Source: Perna viridis
Lineage: Eukaryota
Direction of reading: 5' to 3'
NCBI GenBank assembly: GCA_037379345.1
Contig: CM074512.1
Coordinates: 62,083,597 to 62,147,596 of the forward strand
Length of the DNA: 64,000 nucleotides
Below the pieces are notes generated by a model. The model was not told where the DNA came from and made no database searches. It saw only the letters and a program-made list of their open reading frames with translations. The translations under genes were made by a program, and so were the position numbers. Shown here piece by piece: positions 10,608-22,921 of this stretch; within the stretch, counting starts at the first letter, position 1, and each line of letters opens with the position of its first letter.

Positions 10608-11560
10608 AGAGTAATCAAGGGAACCAAGGTTACAGCGGTAATCAAAAGAAAGTAATCAGGGACAAAGACCAAACAAGGAAACAGACATACACAACAAAGA
10701 ACATAAAGTAACTGAAATGATACATACAAAGTAACAAAAGCAAATGAGCAACTCGGACTCCACTAAAAACTCGGAGCATGGACCAGGTGCACCGGTAGGG
10801 TAAGCGTCCTCTGCTTTTCTAGAAGCACCCACCGAATTGCTCATAAAAAGTCAAGTGCGGGGTAGACAAACGAGGAAAGGAAAACTATGACCCGTTGAAT
10901 AAATCAGTTTTCATGGTGCAGATGTATACACCATAACGATCCACGAGTTCATGGTGACGACCATAAAACTTCTGTAGTGATGACTTCATTCTTGTAACAA
11001 CATAACCCAGTTCCAGAAGCCTATTTGTTAGACTTCTAGCGCGATACAAAAAGTCTGCGTAGTTTCGGCGAGCTCTGGCATAACGTATGAGCTGTGATAT
11101 GAAAACTCCATACGCAGGTGCTGAAGGAATGTTGCCACAGATGAAAGGAAAGTTGAATGAAAAGTCATCATGTTTGTCGTAAACTTTGGTCAATAGTATT
11201 CCTTTACCATCGATTTCCAAGTGTAGGTCAAGATATGAGTCTGACTTCACAGTGTCTGTAGTATCCTTTATCTCAAGTTCTTTGGGGTAGATGCAATGTA
11301 TCAAATCCCCGAAATTAGGATTGTTTAAAGATAATACGTCATGTATACAGCGGAAATTGAGATTAAAGGATCTAACCAAACAACATTCTTTCTTTCGGAT
11401 CAGATCAGTTATAAATTCAGCCTAATAAGAGTGAAGGAACAGGTCAGCATTTTTCCCATTGGAATGCCGACCGTTTGTTGAAAAACACGTGCACCACACT
11501 GGACAAATATGTTGTCGATTAAAAATTCCAGCATTTTGTAAACATCTTATTCTGTATATT
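10608..11560 (-). mobile_element. Penelope-like retroelement, 5'-truncated and degenerate (copy B; RT C-terminal half plus 3' UTR)
   Basis: Translates to MLEFLIDNIFVQCGARVFQQTVGIPMG..ADLFLHSY..FRCIHDVLSLNN..IYPKELEIKDTT..SYLDLHLEID..TKVYDKHDDF..NIPSAPAYGVFISQLIRYAR. These are PLE-type RT and thumb motifs. The ORF ends with no C-terminal GIY-YIG, consistent with the N-terminal-endonuclease Naiad/Chlamys group. Confidence 0.85.
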
Positions 11561-12149
11561 TGGAAGATGATTTGGAATTATTTCTTACAAAGTATGAGGA
11601 ATCTACAACCTACCAAGAACTATATATTTGTATCTAGGTGTACCATCTTTTTTTTGGAAACACAACAATGTATAATGTTTTTAAGTCGGGATTTTAATTC
11701 AATATGGGGAATAGAAGTATATAGTGGGATTTGGAAGTTGTCTGGCATTTAAAACAGGCAATACAAGTGTAGGTATCCAAAACATAAAACCTACAATAAG
11801 CAGAAAGGTGGACTGTAAGTATTAAAGGCAACAACAGTGATAAAGCATAGTCAAGAAAGAGTCATGGTATTTGGTTCAAAACTGCAATGGGTACATGGAC
11901 AATTTTCGCTTTTTAATTTTATCAATAAACATAACATTCTTCTTTCCTTTAAAGGCCATTGCGTTGCAGAAGATAGTCTACTTTGTAAGACTACCATATT
12001 TATGAACACCTTTGCCATGTGATACTTGGTGGATTTGTACAATTTACTGTAGTTTACACAAGGAAAGCTCAGGTCTTACTGGTGGTTTAAGATCAGTAAT
12101 TACCATTTATCTTCTTTATTCAGCACGTAAAAACACCGAACTTTTCAAA

Positions 12150-12451
12150 ATTAATTAATATCGCTCTGACACATAATATGTGTAACGTGGGGTAAAACGT
12201 ATATACAATTCAAACATGGCAGAAAGAACTGACAAACAATGCATATCATATAATATTTGACTATTTTTTTTTACAAAAAGAGCTAGATTATTTTTCTTGT
12301 AAACATCAAAATGACAGTAGGTAAGTATTTTTTTAATACTGAATGTAATAGATAGGAATAACTTTGTTCTAAGTTCTGTTACTATACTATTATTACATAT
12401 TAATAAAGTATGATATTCATCCCCTGTTCCATTCTTACACAAAGTACACAA
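12150..12451 (-). mobile_element. 3' relic of a non-LTR retrotransposon ORF2 (C-terminal zinc knuckle)
   Basis: CTLCKNGTGDEYHTLLICNN matches the CxxC...GDExH...C motif typical of LINE ORF2 C-termini. Confidence 0.6.
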
Positions 12452-13323
12452 ATTGTGCTCCTCTACCAGCTGACCTTTTCCTACACTCTTATGAGGTTGA
12501 CTTTATGGCTGATCTGATCCGAAAGAAAGAACATCGCTTGGTTAGATTCTTTAATCTCAGTTTCCGATGTATAGATGACGTACTATCGCTAAACAATCTT
12601 AGTTTCGGGGAGTTGATATATTGCATCTACCCCAAAGAACTTTAGATAAAGTATACTACAGACACTGTGATGTCAGCCTCACATCTTAACCTTCACTTAG
12701 AAATCGATGGTAAAGGAAAACTATTGACCAAACTTTACGACAAACGTGATGACTTTCCATTCAGAATTGTCAACTTTCCCTTCATTTGTGGCAACATCCC
12801 TTCAGCACCTGCGTATGTTGTTTTCATATCACAACTCATACGTTAAGCCAGAGCTTGCCGTAACTACGCAGACTTTTTGTATCGCGCTATGACTCTTACA
12901 GTTAGGCTTCTGGAATAAGGTTATATTGCTACAAGATAGAAGTCAGCACTACAGAAGTTTTATGGTCGCCATCATGAACTCGTGAATCGTTATGGTGTAT
13001 CCATCTGCACCATGAAAACTGATTTTTTTCATCGTGTCATAGTTTTCCTTTTCTCTTTCGTCTACCCCTGACTTGACTTTTTATGAGTGACTCGGTGGGT
13101 GTTCCTCAAAAAGCAGAGGACGCTTACCCTACCGGTGCACCTGGTCCATGCCCCCAGTTTTTTTTTTAGTGGAGTCCGAGTTGCTTTACTTTTGTTACTT
13201 TGTATGTATTATTTTAGTTACTTTATGTTCTTTGTTGTGTATGCCTGTTTTCCGTGTCTGGTCTTTGTCCCTGGATTACTTTCCTTTGATTTCCGTTAGA
13301 ACCTTCGTTCCATTGATTACCCT
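12449..13323 (+). mobile_element. Penelope-like retroelement, 5'-truncated with stops (copy C), inverted relative to copy B
   Basis: TNCAPLPADLFLHSYEVDFMADLIRKKEHRLVRFFNLSFRCIDDVLSLNN...KLYDKRDDFPFRIVNFPFICGNIPSAPAY. Same 3' UTR and terminus as the other copies. Confidence 0.85.
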
Positions 13324-14304
13324 ATAATCACAGACTTAGAGTTGGAGAAAAAGTTATAATTAGACAATTACATGTACACCAGCCAAGACATATTTTGTTT
13401 TGGAGCCAGCTGCAGCGAGAATTTCCTCGTTGTTCACTGATAACCCATGGGAGGCCTTCAGCTGATATTTGTCAACCTGACATATTTACCATATCCATTC
13501 TCTTTGTAATTTAATACTTAATGTATATTCTAAGAAAATGCCTGAATGAAGAAGATGTCTCCGGGTTTTCTTGTTTCACCTTTTTTATCATTAATCCTTA
13601 TACATTCCATCGGATTTTCCAATATACCCAGCAGTAGACTATATCCCATAGCGTACCCGCAGGATAAAATATCGACGAAAGTTTTGAAATTGTACGGTTG
13701 AATGAAGATCGATTTTGTCATCAGCTTCAGAGCTTATCAATATATTTCTTAATGGTGGAATATCACGCAAAACTCGATTAATACAAAACATGTAGATTAT
13801 AAGAATTTTATCAGAAAAGGTTAGTAATTTACTACAGTTTTTGAAAATTTGAGATTTACACGATTCTGTTAATTCTAAATAACGGCAGCTGCGGTTTACT
13901 CTCATTCACCTGTTAATTGTCAGGTGTAAAGTTCTTTCCGTCAGCCATGTTTTTCTTTCTCTGAAATTCTTTAGTTAATGCGACATTGGGTATTGAAATT
14001 TCTTTTATGGTTTTCAAAGTAAGAGTTAACAATAAAAATGATTTTTATTATTGAAGTTATATTATATTCCTGAATATTAATACAATCATTTCAGAATTAT
14101 CACATAGATATAATATTTCGTAACCTGACCAACTTCTAAGGAATTAAATGTTATACCAACTAACTTTCCTTAACAAAAAAAGACTTGTTCCTAGATAGTA
14201 AAGCAATTCAAAACCTAAGCCAGGATTTGTTGTTTGTGGCAAAAAAAAAATCAAGCTACAATGAAATTCAATTTTATTGATTGCTACAGTCGGACAAAAA
14301 TGAT

Positions 14305-14650
14305 TATTTTATATCCTTCCACTTGCAAAGTGGGGGTACATAGTAATAGCAGTGTCCGCCCTTCCCTGCCTCCGTAAAGCAAAAGGGTCCTCCTCTTATC
14401 CAATACTCCTCCTACACCACTGAATGGAATTTATTGAAACTTTCAAAAAATCTTTGCTACATATTGTGCAGCTTTGATCCAAGTTAATTTGCACAATAGC
14501 AAGTCATTGTATTTGTCATTTATAGGGATGTTACCCGTCTCTTATCCATTACCCCTCCTTACACCACTGAACGGAATTTAATGATACTTTTACAGAATTT
14601 TTATTGCATATTACCGTTGTGCATCTCCCTTTTAAAAATTTTGATCCCAA
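14305..14650 (+). mobile_element. Probable non-autonomous Helentron/HINE-like relic
   Basis: TTTTTATA start, short hairpin (TTCCACTT GC AAAGTGGGG), GTCC-type microsatellite remnant, then two internal repeats (CTCCT..ACACCACTGAA.GGAATTTA.TGA.ACTTT). Confidence 0.45.
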
Positions 14651-15686
14651 TGCTCGGTAGTGTAGTTTTCTTCTGTTATACATAAGACACTGTACCTTTT
14701 ATGCGTGAGAAAACCAGTTGTGCATGAGAAACGGTGATGATTAAAACATTTGTAGGAGTTGGTCTGTTAGACGTGTAGTTTTTTTTTAAAAAATGCATAT
14801 GGGACAAAATTATACCAGAAAACATTATTCGTAGGGAAAACCCTTAACGACATAATTGTAAGGCGAGGATATGTACGATTCTTTATGTTTCAAGTAGATT
14901 TGATTCGACTCGATTTCTCGGGATGAAAAGGCCTGACAGAAAATATACATTCGACTTACACAAATGTAATACGCCGTCAAAAACAATGCAAGAGTATTTC
15001 CCGGTATACACCAGTATCTGAAAATTAGCGTGATGTAAGTGGCATGATAGTTAAACTTTAAAAAAAGATTTATAAGTCTAAATAATGTTATTGTTCCAAT
15101 AACTGCCCTAATGAGGGGAATATGACATAAATTTTGTGCAACAGAATATACATGTAAGCATATATTTTTGTTCTCAACTCTAGTCATGCTGTACCCTATT
15201 TGATGGACAGGATCAGATACTCATTACAAGTAAAATTCATGTGCATATGTATGCCCAATAGTTTTGATTTGTTGTTTTTTTTTGTTTTTTTTTGCCAAAA
15301 ACAAATGCACACAAGAAGGACAATTTATAAGTTTTTGTCGGTACTCCGTAAGTCATAAATACAAATAGGATCAAGTTAATTTTGTCATGAGCACTTTAAA
15401 AGCTCATTTGTCATCATTATCAAAGTTTTTTCGCTCAAAGTTTGCGAATGATTTTTGATGGTGACAAGACTCAAAGGAAAAAAATGATCAAAAACATTTG
15501 AAAAGGATTTTGTTGGAATAGAATCATTTCATATATTTCTCTTTAAAAATACTTAGATGGACTGTAATGGGAATTAACAAACCGGAGTTGAGTTTTATGA
15601 ATGATGTAGTTATGTTAACAAAACAAAAAAACGAGAAGCTATATAAACAAACTAACACAATGTGTCAAATGATACAATTAAGAATA

Positions 15687-15855
15687 CTGTAAACCAATTT
15701 AATTTCGCGATTCAGTTAATTATAATGGGTATAAATGTGTTATATAATATAGGGACTTTTTTACAGCTATTTATTTTCGCAGTTTTTTTTCCTTCTTCGC
15801 AAAATAAGCAAAATAAGCGGAAATTAATCGCTCGCGAAAATAAGTTGGTTTACAT
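15687..15855. mobile_element. Tc1/mariner-type MITE
   Basis: TA|CTGTAAACCAATTTAATTTCGCGA ... TCGCGAAAATAAGTTGGTTTACA|TA inverted ends. Confidence 0.6.
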
Positions 15856-17214
15856 AAGGTGGACATTGTGGAATATGATCAGTATTTTATTATCCTTTCC
15901 CTTGCTTTTTCCGTGATCTCTGATTTTCCTCTAAAAGGCACTTTTGTAGCAATTTTACTATGAGTGAATATTCAATTTCTGCGAAGTTTGACAAGTCATT
16001 AGAACAAAAATTTGACCAATGACGCAGACATTTTGATTGAATGCAAATGAGAGTGCCAACAGGACTTTACATAATATGATAACTGACTTATGACGACATT
16101 GTAGTTCCATTAACCCCTGGTCAAGTTCGCCATCAAGAGTGTTTATTTAGCGTCAAGTCCTAAATAAACTTGAAATACCTGAATCTTGTTAAATGTTAAA
16201 GCTTAAATGACTGCCAATCCAATAGAAACATTATGTCTGGAATAGAAAACTCGTCAATAATTCATTGATTTCCCCCGGAATTCTTCGTTTACAATTTAAA
16301 TGTTTAAAGTGCAGTGACATTTTGTAAAAACGATTTCAGTCATGGCTCTTCCGATTTTCTTATTGGGTTGATGAAGTGATTTCCGGTTTGAACATTACTC
16401 GAAGCAATGAGCCACGGCCGATACCGATTCTATAATCGGTGTTACTAGTTTTGTGGTAAATTGTAATTAAGTACTAAACCATATAAAATTTCGACACTGC
16501 AGATGCAGGTGGAGGTGATTCATGGTGAAAAACTAGAGTTCTTTCAGTATACGAATTTGTATTTTAAGGGGAAAAAAATCAATCAAACAAGAACGGTAAC
16601 TCTTCCAAAGTGCAATTTTCATGGACAACCTACTGTATATTTTTATCTCAAACGTGTTACGACCAAAGGATTAACTAAAACTAGTTATGCGGTCTGTTAC
16701 TGTTTCCAAATAAGACACAAATGTGAATTTGATGGGTTTTTTTTACATGCATGAATCACCTGCCTAAGATTTATAAAGACTTCTAGTTAAACTAGTTAAA
16801 CATATTTTACATTTGAATTGATTATTCTACGAGGTAGTGATATTATTTTAAGTACTTTATAACTATTTGTATATATATCTACTTGGAAAAATAAATACAT
16901 TGATCAGACTATGGTGCCTCACTCTCCGTCAACAGTTAGCATACAGTGTATAGAAGCTAAATCACTGCACTACTTTATTGTTTAAGTTCCAGGGTGGAAA
17001 TCAGAACACAGAGAGTCTTTCTATTAAAGTGTATTCAATGCAAAAACGTTTGAGTCGAGCAGCCTGTTGCGTAGACCTCTCCAATTTAAAAAAATGTAAA
17101 AATACTATTTAAAATTCATCATTACATAAAATTTACTTTCACTGCGACACGCAATTTTGTACATATAGCTAACTGATTGCAGAATTCACATACGCTACGA
17201 TGAATAAATTCAAG

Positions 17215-19835
17215 GGCCAGGGAATTTATACCAACAAAAACAATTCCCATACGTGATAAAGATAAACCTTGGTTTAATTGCACTGTCAAAAAAGAAATTA
17301 GAATTCGTGATCGATTGAGGAAAAAAGTCTTGAAGCATAAACTGGATCAAGACATAAAAATATAAACATCAACGTAATAAGGTTAATAATATGAAGAAGA
17401 ATACAAAGGAAAAGTTTGAAAGTAATTTAGATAATATGCTTCTAGAAAACTCTCCTAACTCTAAAACCTACTGGAAAATCATGAAAAGTCTACTGAGGTC
17501 CAGTAAAGCAAACAGCTGTATTCCACCTCTTCGTAACATAATAAACGATTCTGGTATTAATGAAGTAGCATATGATGATAATGATAAGTGCGAACTATTG
17601 AATAATTATTTCAGTTCAATTTCAAACTTATATGAACAGGATGTTCATCTTCCAGACCTCCGGTTGAAAACCGAAATTTCGATCAGTGATATCGTAATAT
17701 AGCGAACAGGAGATCATTGATGTCATACAAATTTTAGATGCTAATAAAGCATCTAGACCTGACAAAATTAGTCATAAAATGTTAAAGATCTCACCCCAAA
17801 AATTGGCTGTTCCTCTTCAAATTATCTTCAACAATTCTTTAAAACAAAGTATGTATCCTTCTAATTGGAAAGTTGCCTTTGTTACTGCCATTTTCAAAAA
17901 GGGAGACAAATTTATCCCCTCAAACTATCGCCCAATATCGCTTATAAGTTGTGTGGGTAAAATTATGGAAAGAATAGTTAATAAACATGATTACAACCAC
18001 CTCGTCAGTAATAGTTCAATCTATGAATATCAATCAGGGTTTCTACCGCAACACTCAACTGTGCATCAGCTATTAGAATTGTACAACACAGTACTGAACT
18101 CAATGGAGAAAAAAGAATACAGCTGTTTCGTCTTCTGTGACTTTTCTAAAGCTTTCGACAAGGTCTGGCATCGTGGTCTTTTGTGTAAATTAAAATCGTA
18201 TGGTATTAAAAGAAAGTTGTTAAACTGGTTGGAAAATTATCTTTCATGTAGAAAGCAAAAAGTAGTGAACATAAAAATGATATCGTGGACAAATTATCTA
18301 TTCTAACTAGAATGTTTGCAGATGATACGTCTTTGGGTTACTCTAATTCCAGTCTTGGAGACATAAAAAAATGTAATTAATTACGATTTAAGAGAATTGA
18401 ATGATTGGTCCTCTAAATGGCTGATGTCATTTAACCCAGATAAAACTGAGATCATGTTGTTTTCTAATAATGAATTACAGGAGCCTTTTACTGTCTCATT
18501 CGATGGGGTGCAAATACAAAATACAGCTAATCATAAGCATCTTGGAGTAACATTCTCTGATAATGATAAATGGAATACTCACATCGATAACCTTATTCTA
18601 AGTGTATCCAAACACTTGTGTGTACTGCGAAAATTAAAATTTAGATTAGGTAGAAAAAATTTCGATAAGTTATATCTTGTCTTTATAAGCCCCATCTTAG
18701 AATATGCCAGTGAGGTCTGGGATAATTGTGGTATCGCGTACTCTAACAAGCTGGAAAAATTGCAATTAGAAGCAGCGAGGATAGTAACAGGTCTTCAAGT
18801 ATTTACGAAATGTAGCTATTTATACGAAGTAACAGGTTGGGAAAAATTGTCTGAAAGGCGAAAAAAAAGAAAATTACAAATGTTTTACCATATACAAAAT
18901 GGCAATGCTCCAGGCTATCTCCGCGAACTTGTCTCTCCTCCTGTTCAGAGTACAACAGTCTATCCGCTACGAAATGGATCGGATATTATATTACCCTTCT
19001 GTAGATTATTATTAACTAGTAAATCATTCATACCATCTGTTATAAGAGAATGGAACAATTTAAGTGAAGACGTGCGAAATGTGAATTCAATATCAAGATT
19101 CAAACGTGCAATCCGAAGCAAAAACACCTTGCATAAACTAGACATTCCCCAATATTTTAATTATGGTCCTCGTAAATTAAATATCTGTTTGACCCAGCTA
19201 CGATGTCCTGCGTCTTTCCTTAACTACGATTTACACAGAGTCCATATTGTAGCTGATCCTGCGTGTAGTTGCGGTGCTCCAATTGAAAGTGTTTACCATT
19301 TTTTTTGGCCAAAAATATACAGGAAACCGTATTACACTATTCGAGAGTTTACGCTTAATCCCTTTAAGAATGGATGTTTCACTGGTTACCAGGGGCAGTA
19401 CTGACTTAACGAACGAAGAAAATATACTTATTTTTGATAGTGTCTTCATATTTATTAAAAGGTCAAAAAGATTTTTGACCTAATATTATTATGGATGTAA
19501 AACCAGTGTCACACAAGAACAGCGCATCCACCCTTCCACTTTATGTTTCTCTTAAGTTTTGTACATATATTTCTAATACTTTGGTGGGTTTTTTTTTAAA
19601 TTATTTTTTCATTGTACTGTTGTTTTTCCTTTTCCTTTTCTTTGTTCTTCATTGTCTTGTAAAATCTAATCAAGAATTGTCTTTATTAATATTCATAATT
19701 ATTTTATGTGTGCCCTCAATGTAATAACGTTCTTATATATGCATTGTATATTATTGATGGGAGAAGACTTCATAAGTTGGTAAAACTTGTGTCCTATCCC
19801 TTTTGTAGACTTAACAAATAAAATTGTTGTAAACT
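17215..19835 (+). mobile_element. 5'-truncated, frameshifted CR1/L2-group LINE (ORF2 RT remnant plus 3' UTR) with a 12-bp TSD
   Basis: ORF pieces 17391-17702, 17779-18306 and 18397-19404 carry NYRPISLISCVGKIMER, YQSGF, FCDFSKAFDKVWH, RMFADDT, KHLGVTF and a CSCG..ESVYHFF knuckle. The GVPQGS motif is deleted. AATAAATTCAAG is duplicated at 17203-17214 and 19836-19847. Confidence 0.9.
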
Positions 19836-20137
19836 AATAAATTCAAGCATACCAAGTGCCCTGTTTTCACTTCGTCGTGGACTCTTATAACAGAAACTAT
19901 AGTAATACAACGCATGGGATTAGTTGCAGAATGATATGTAGGCTTGTGGACTATACCACTCGTATTGATTTTGAACAAAAAATCGTGATGAATTTATTTT
20001 GATGAACTTCATATTTAATTGGATAATACATACTGAAAAGAACAGTCTTGTACTTATACTTATGCCCTTCCAATTTACCGATTTTACGCAGCTTTGGTCT
20101 ATATTATAGTTTTTGTTCAACCGACTCGGGTGTGAAA

Positions 20138-20535
20138 AGGGTAATCAAGGGAACCGAGATTCGAGCGGTGATCAAAACAATAGATTCCAAGGATAAATTA
20201 AGACGAGAGAGTGAAAATAAAATAGACGTACACAACAAAGAACAAAAACTAATCAAAATAACACGTACAAAGAAACAAAAATAAATGAGCAACAAGGACT
20301 CCACTAAAAAAAATAGGAAAATGGACCAGGTACACCGGTAGGGTAGACGTCCTCTGCTTTACTACAAACACCCACTGAGTTGCTCATAAAAGTCTCGTCT
20401 GGGGTAGACGAAAAAGAAAAGAAAAACTAAGACACGGTGAACAAATCGGTTATCATGGTTCAGATAGATATACCGTAACGATCCACGAGTTCATGGCGAC
20501 GACTATGAAACTTTTGTAATGATGACTTTAATATT
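20138..20535 (-). mobile_element. Penelope-like element 3' fragment (copy D, diverged)
   Basis: GGGTAATCAAGGGAACC terminus, GGACCAGGTACACCGGTAGGGTAGACGTCCTCTGC core, and the RT tail encoding RRHELVDRYGISI. Confidence 0.75.
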
Positions 20536-21331
20536 GAAAAGTTAGGTGCTGCATCAAGTCGCATTGGTAGAGCATTTGGTTCTATGTAGTCAATGTTTAT
20601 TTATACAATGGTTGCTTATGTAAACTACATTATCATATTAAATTTACTACACAAGGGACGGTGATGTTATCCGAGAAGACAATGTCTCGAGCTTACAGGC
20701 GAGGGCAGTAGTCAATATTGAAGGTTATATAATTTCCGAGGCCTGGGGTAGTAAATTTATCGATAATGCCTTGTGCATAAAGTAATGCGTTTATGGAAGC
20801 GGTGTAGTAATGCCCCGGGCATTATTGTGTGGTAATGCCTTCTTGACAAATGAATATCACATGAACATCTAACCAATAAGAGTATCTTCTATATTAACGC
20901 CAGTTCTTTCAGTTCATGTGCCATGTGATCACATGTATACCAAATCAAATATTGGATAATTTTAAAATTAAAACTTTTTACTTTTTAATATTTAATGACT
21001 TGTATGTTTCATCAATGTTAGTATACGCGTATTAATAGAATTTTAGTATTACACGAATGTAAGACTGCACAGAATCGGTTATTTGACAAACAAACGCCTT
21101 TTTTACATGTTATACGTTGTATCACACCCGATTGAAAAATAATGTATAATTTTGGGTATGTTTTTGTAAACCATTTGCTGTTGCCTAGGAATTATGAATA
21201 ATGAATCTTTATTGTTATTACTTGTTATGAATCGTGATATAAACTCATCAATAATGCAATGTCGTTTATTTACTAAATGAAAGTGTGAGATTTCACTAAT
21301 CTAAATTTTCAATTTCAGCACATAAAGAACA

Positions 21332-22921
21332 ATGCTGCCTTTCGTGTCGTGGTCGATGATTATTAATTTTTTCCTCTCCCCAGCAACCGGTAAGATTGAT
21401 TTACTATAAGTTACTATCGTGAATTGATGTATGCATCAATCACAATGTATATACTAGTATATATAAAAACACCGAAGCGTAAAAAATGAGATAATTCAGA
21501 AACTTAAAAATCAAAGTACACGGCTTAAGCGTGAAAACAGGAAACAGACAATCTATATACACAATGTAGAATTAAATACAAGTCATATAAACAGTGAAGA
21601 CAATGAAACAGCTAAGAAACAACAACAAAAACAAAACAAAACAAAACGAAAATAGAGTCTTGAATGCTCAGAATTAAATTAAAAAAACACACACAACCCC
21701 CCCCCCCCCAAAAAAAAAAAAACAAAAACGAAAAAAAAACAGTGCACTGTAAAAAGAGTTAAGAATATGATAATAATTAAGAAAATAAATCCTATTCACA
21801 AAGAACTAGCCAAAAACTAGGATAGAATTCAATACGGAGGAATCATACATCATGTCTTAAAACTGGCTTTAATAAAGTGGTCAGACAGCGAAAAAAAACC
21901 CACTGTCCTCGATAAGTAAAACGAAGTTTAAAAAATCGCCTCTGTGGCATGTACTAATAATGTACATACTTTTCCGTCTCTCGCGTTTCTTGTAAACAGT
22001 AAGGACTATGACGACTTACCTTGTTAAACACTCATATTTATTATTTCAGCGGATCCCCTGTTATATCGGGACGGTTGGTCCATGAGACGACTTTTGAATT
22101 CAACAGACATTGAACCAGAGAAATCTGTATTTGAAAAGATCAAGGAGTTTTATGATGATCCGAATAATTTGGCCATGTACGGGGTTCTCCCCCTTATTGT
22201 CCTCGTGTACGGAGGGTTCTGTGTTATCTATTGCGTGTGTAAGGGATATGATGATTGTAAGAAAAAAAAGAACAAGAAGTCAAAGAAAAGACTTCTGAGA
22301 GATGATGATAACGATGAACTGCTTTCCTCAAGCTCAAACGAAAACAATAACAATATGAAAAACGACAGCGTTGACACTCGGAACAATCCGGACCGCAGCG
22401 TGACACGTGCAGCAATGGCGGGTGCTGTTGCTAAAAACAGTACACAACCAAGGAAACAAGCGACTTCTACATCAGATGTTAAACTTGCAGTTGAACGGGA
22501 GAACTCGACCCCGTTGCCGTGGGCTATCCCGGACGACGATGCTTTGTACCCGACAAAAGAAAAAGCGCCACCTCCTGCACCTGTGCAAGAACCCAAACTA
22601 AATCTAAAACCTTTACCAGTAAAACAGCCAGACAATCGTTACAAACCACCGAACCGGAAACCGCACCCTGATATGCACATGCCGCCTAGTCCGCCTCCCC
22701 CGTATGATTTCGGACGACGGGATTCCGTTGAAGAAATATCAATGAATCCGCGACGAGTGAATGCCGTCTCGAACAGGTCTAACGATCCTAGAAAGGCAAT
22801 GAACGCCATGGAACAATACGCTTTGGCAAGACAAGCTGCTCAACTGTTACGTGTGGAGAACGGGCAATCAGGACAACCGGGCATGAAAAAACCAAAGCGC
22901 CTCGTTTTCGTCGCAGAATGA
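21332..22921 (+). CDS. Two-coding-exon type-I single-pass membrane protein (21332-21389 + 22050-22921; ~309 aa) with a PPPPY motif
   Basis: Exon 1 encodes signal-peptide-like MLPFVSWSMIINFFLSPAT, ending at a phase-1 G|GTAAGA donor. Acceptor TTTCAG|C at 22050 joins in frame to the 279-aa ORF. TM segment LAMYGVLPLIVLVYGGFCVIYCVC is followed by KKKKNKK. Confidence 0.75.

Noticed and set aside
10744-10890. Possible SECIS element or selenoprotein recoding, as reported for some Naiad elements
   Set aside because: No convincing AUGA-helix-AA-GA geometry, and the RT stops seen are TAA/TAG-type decay rather than in-frame TGA at Cys positions.
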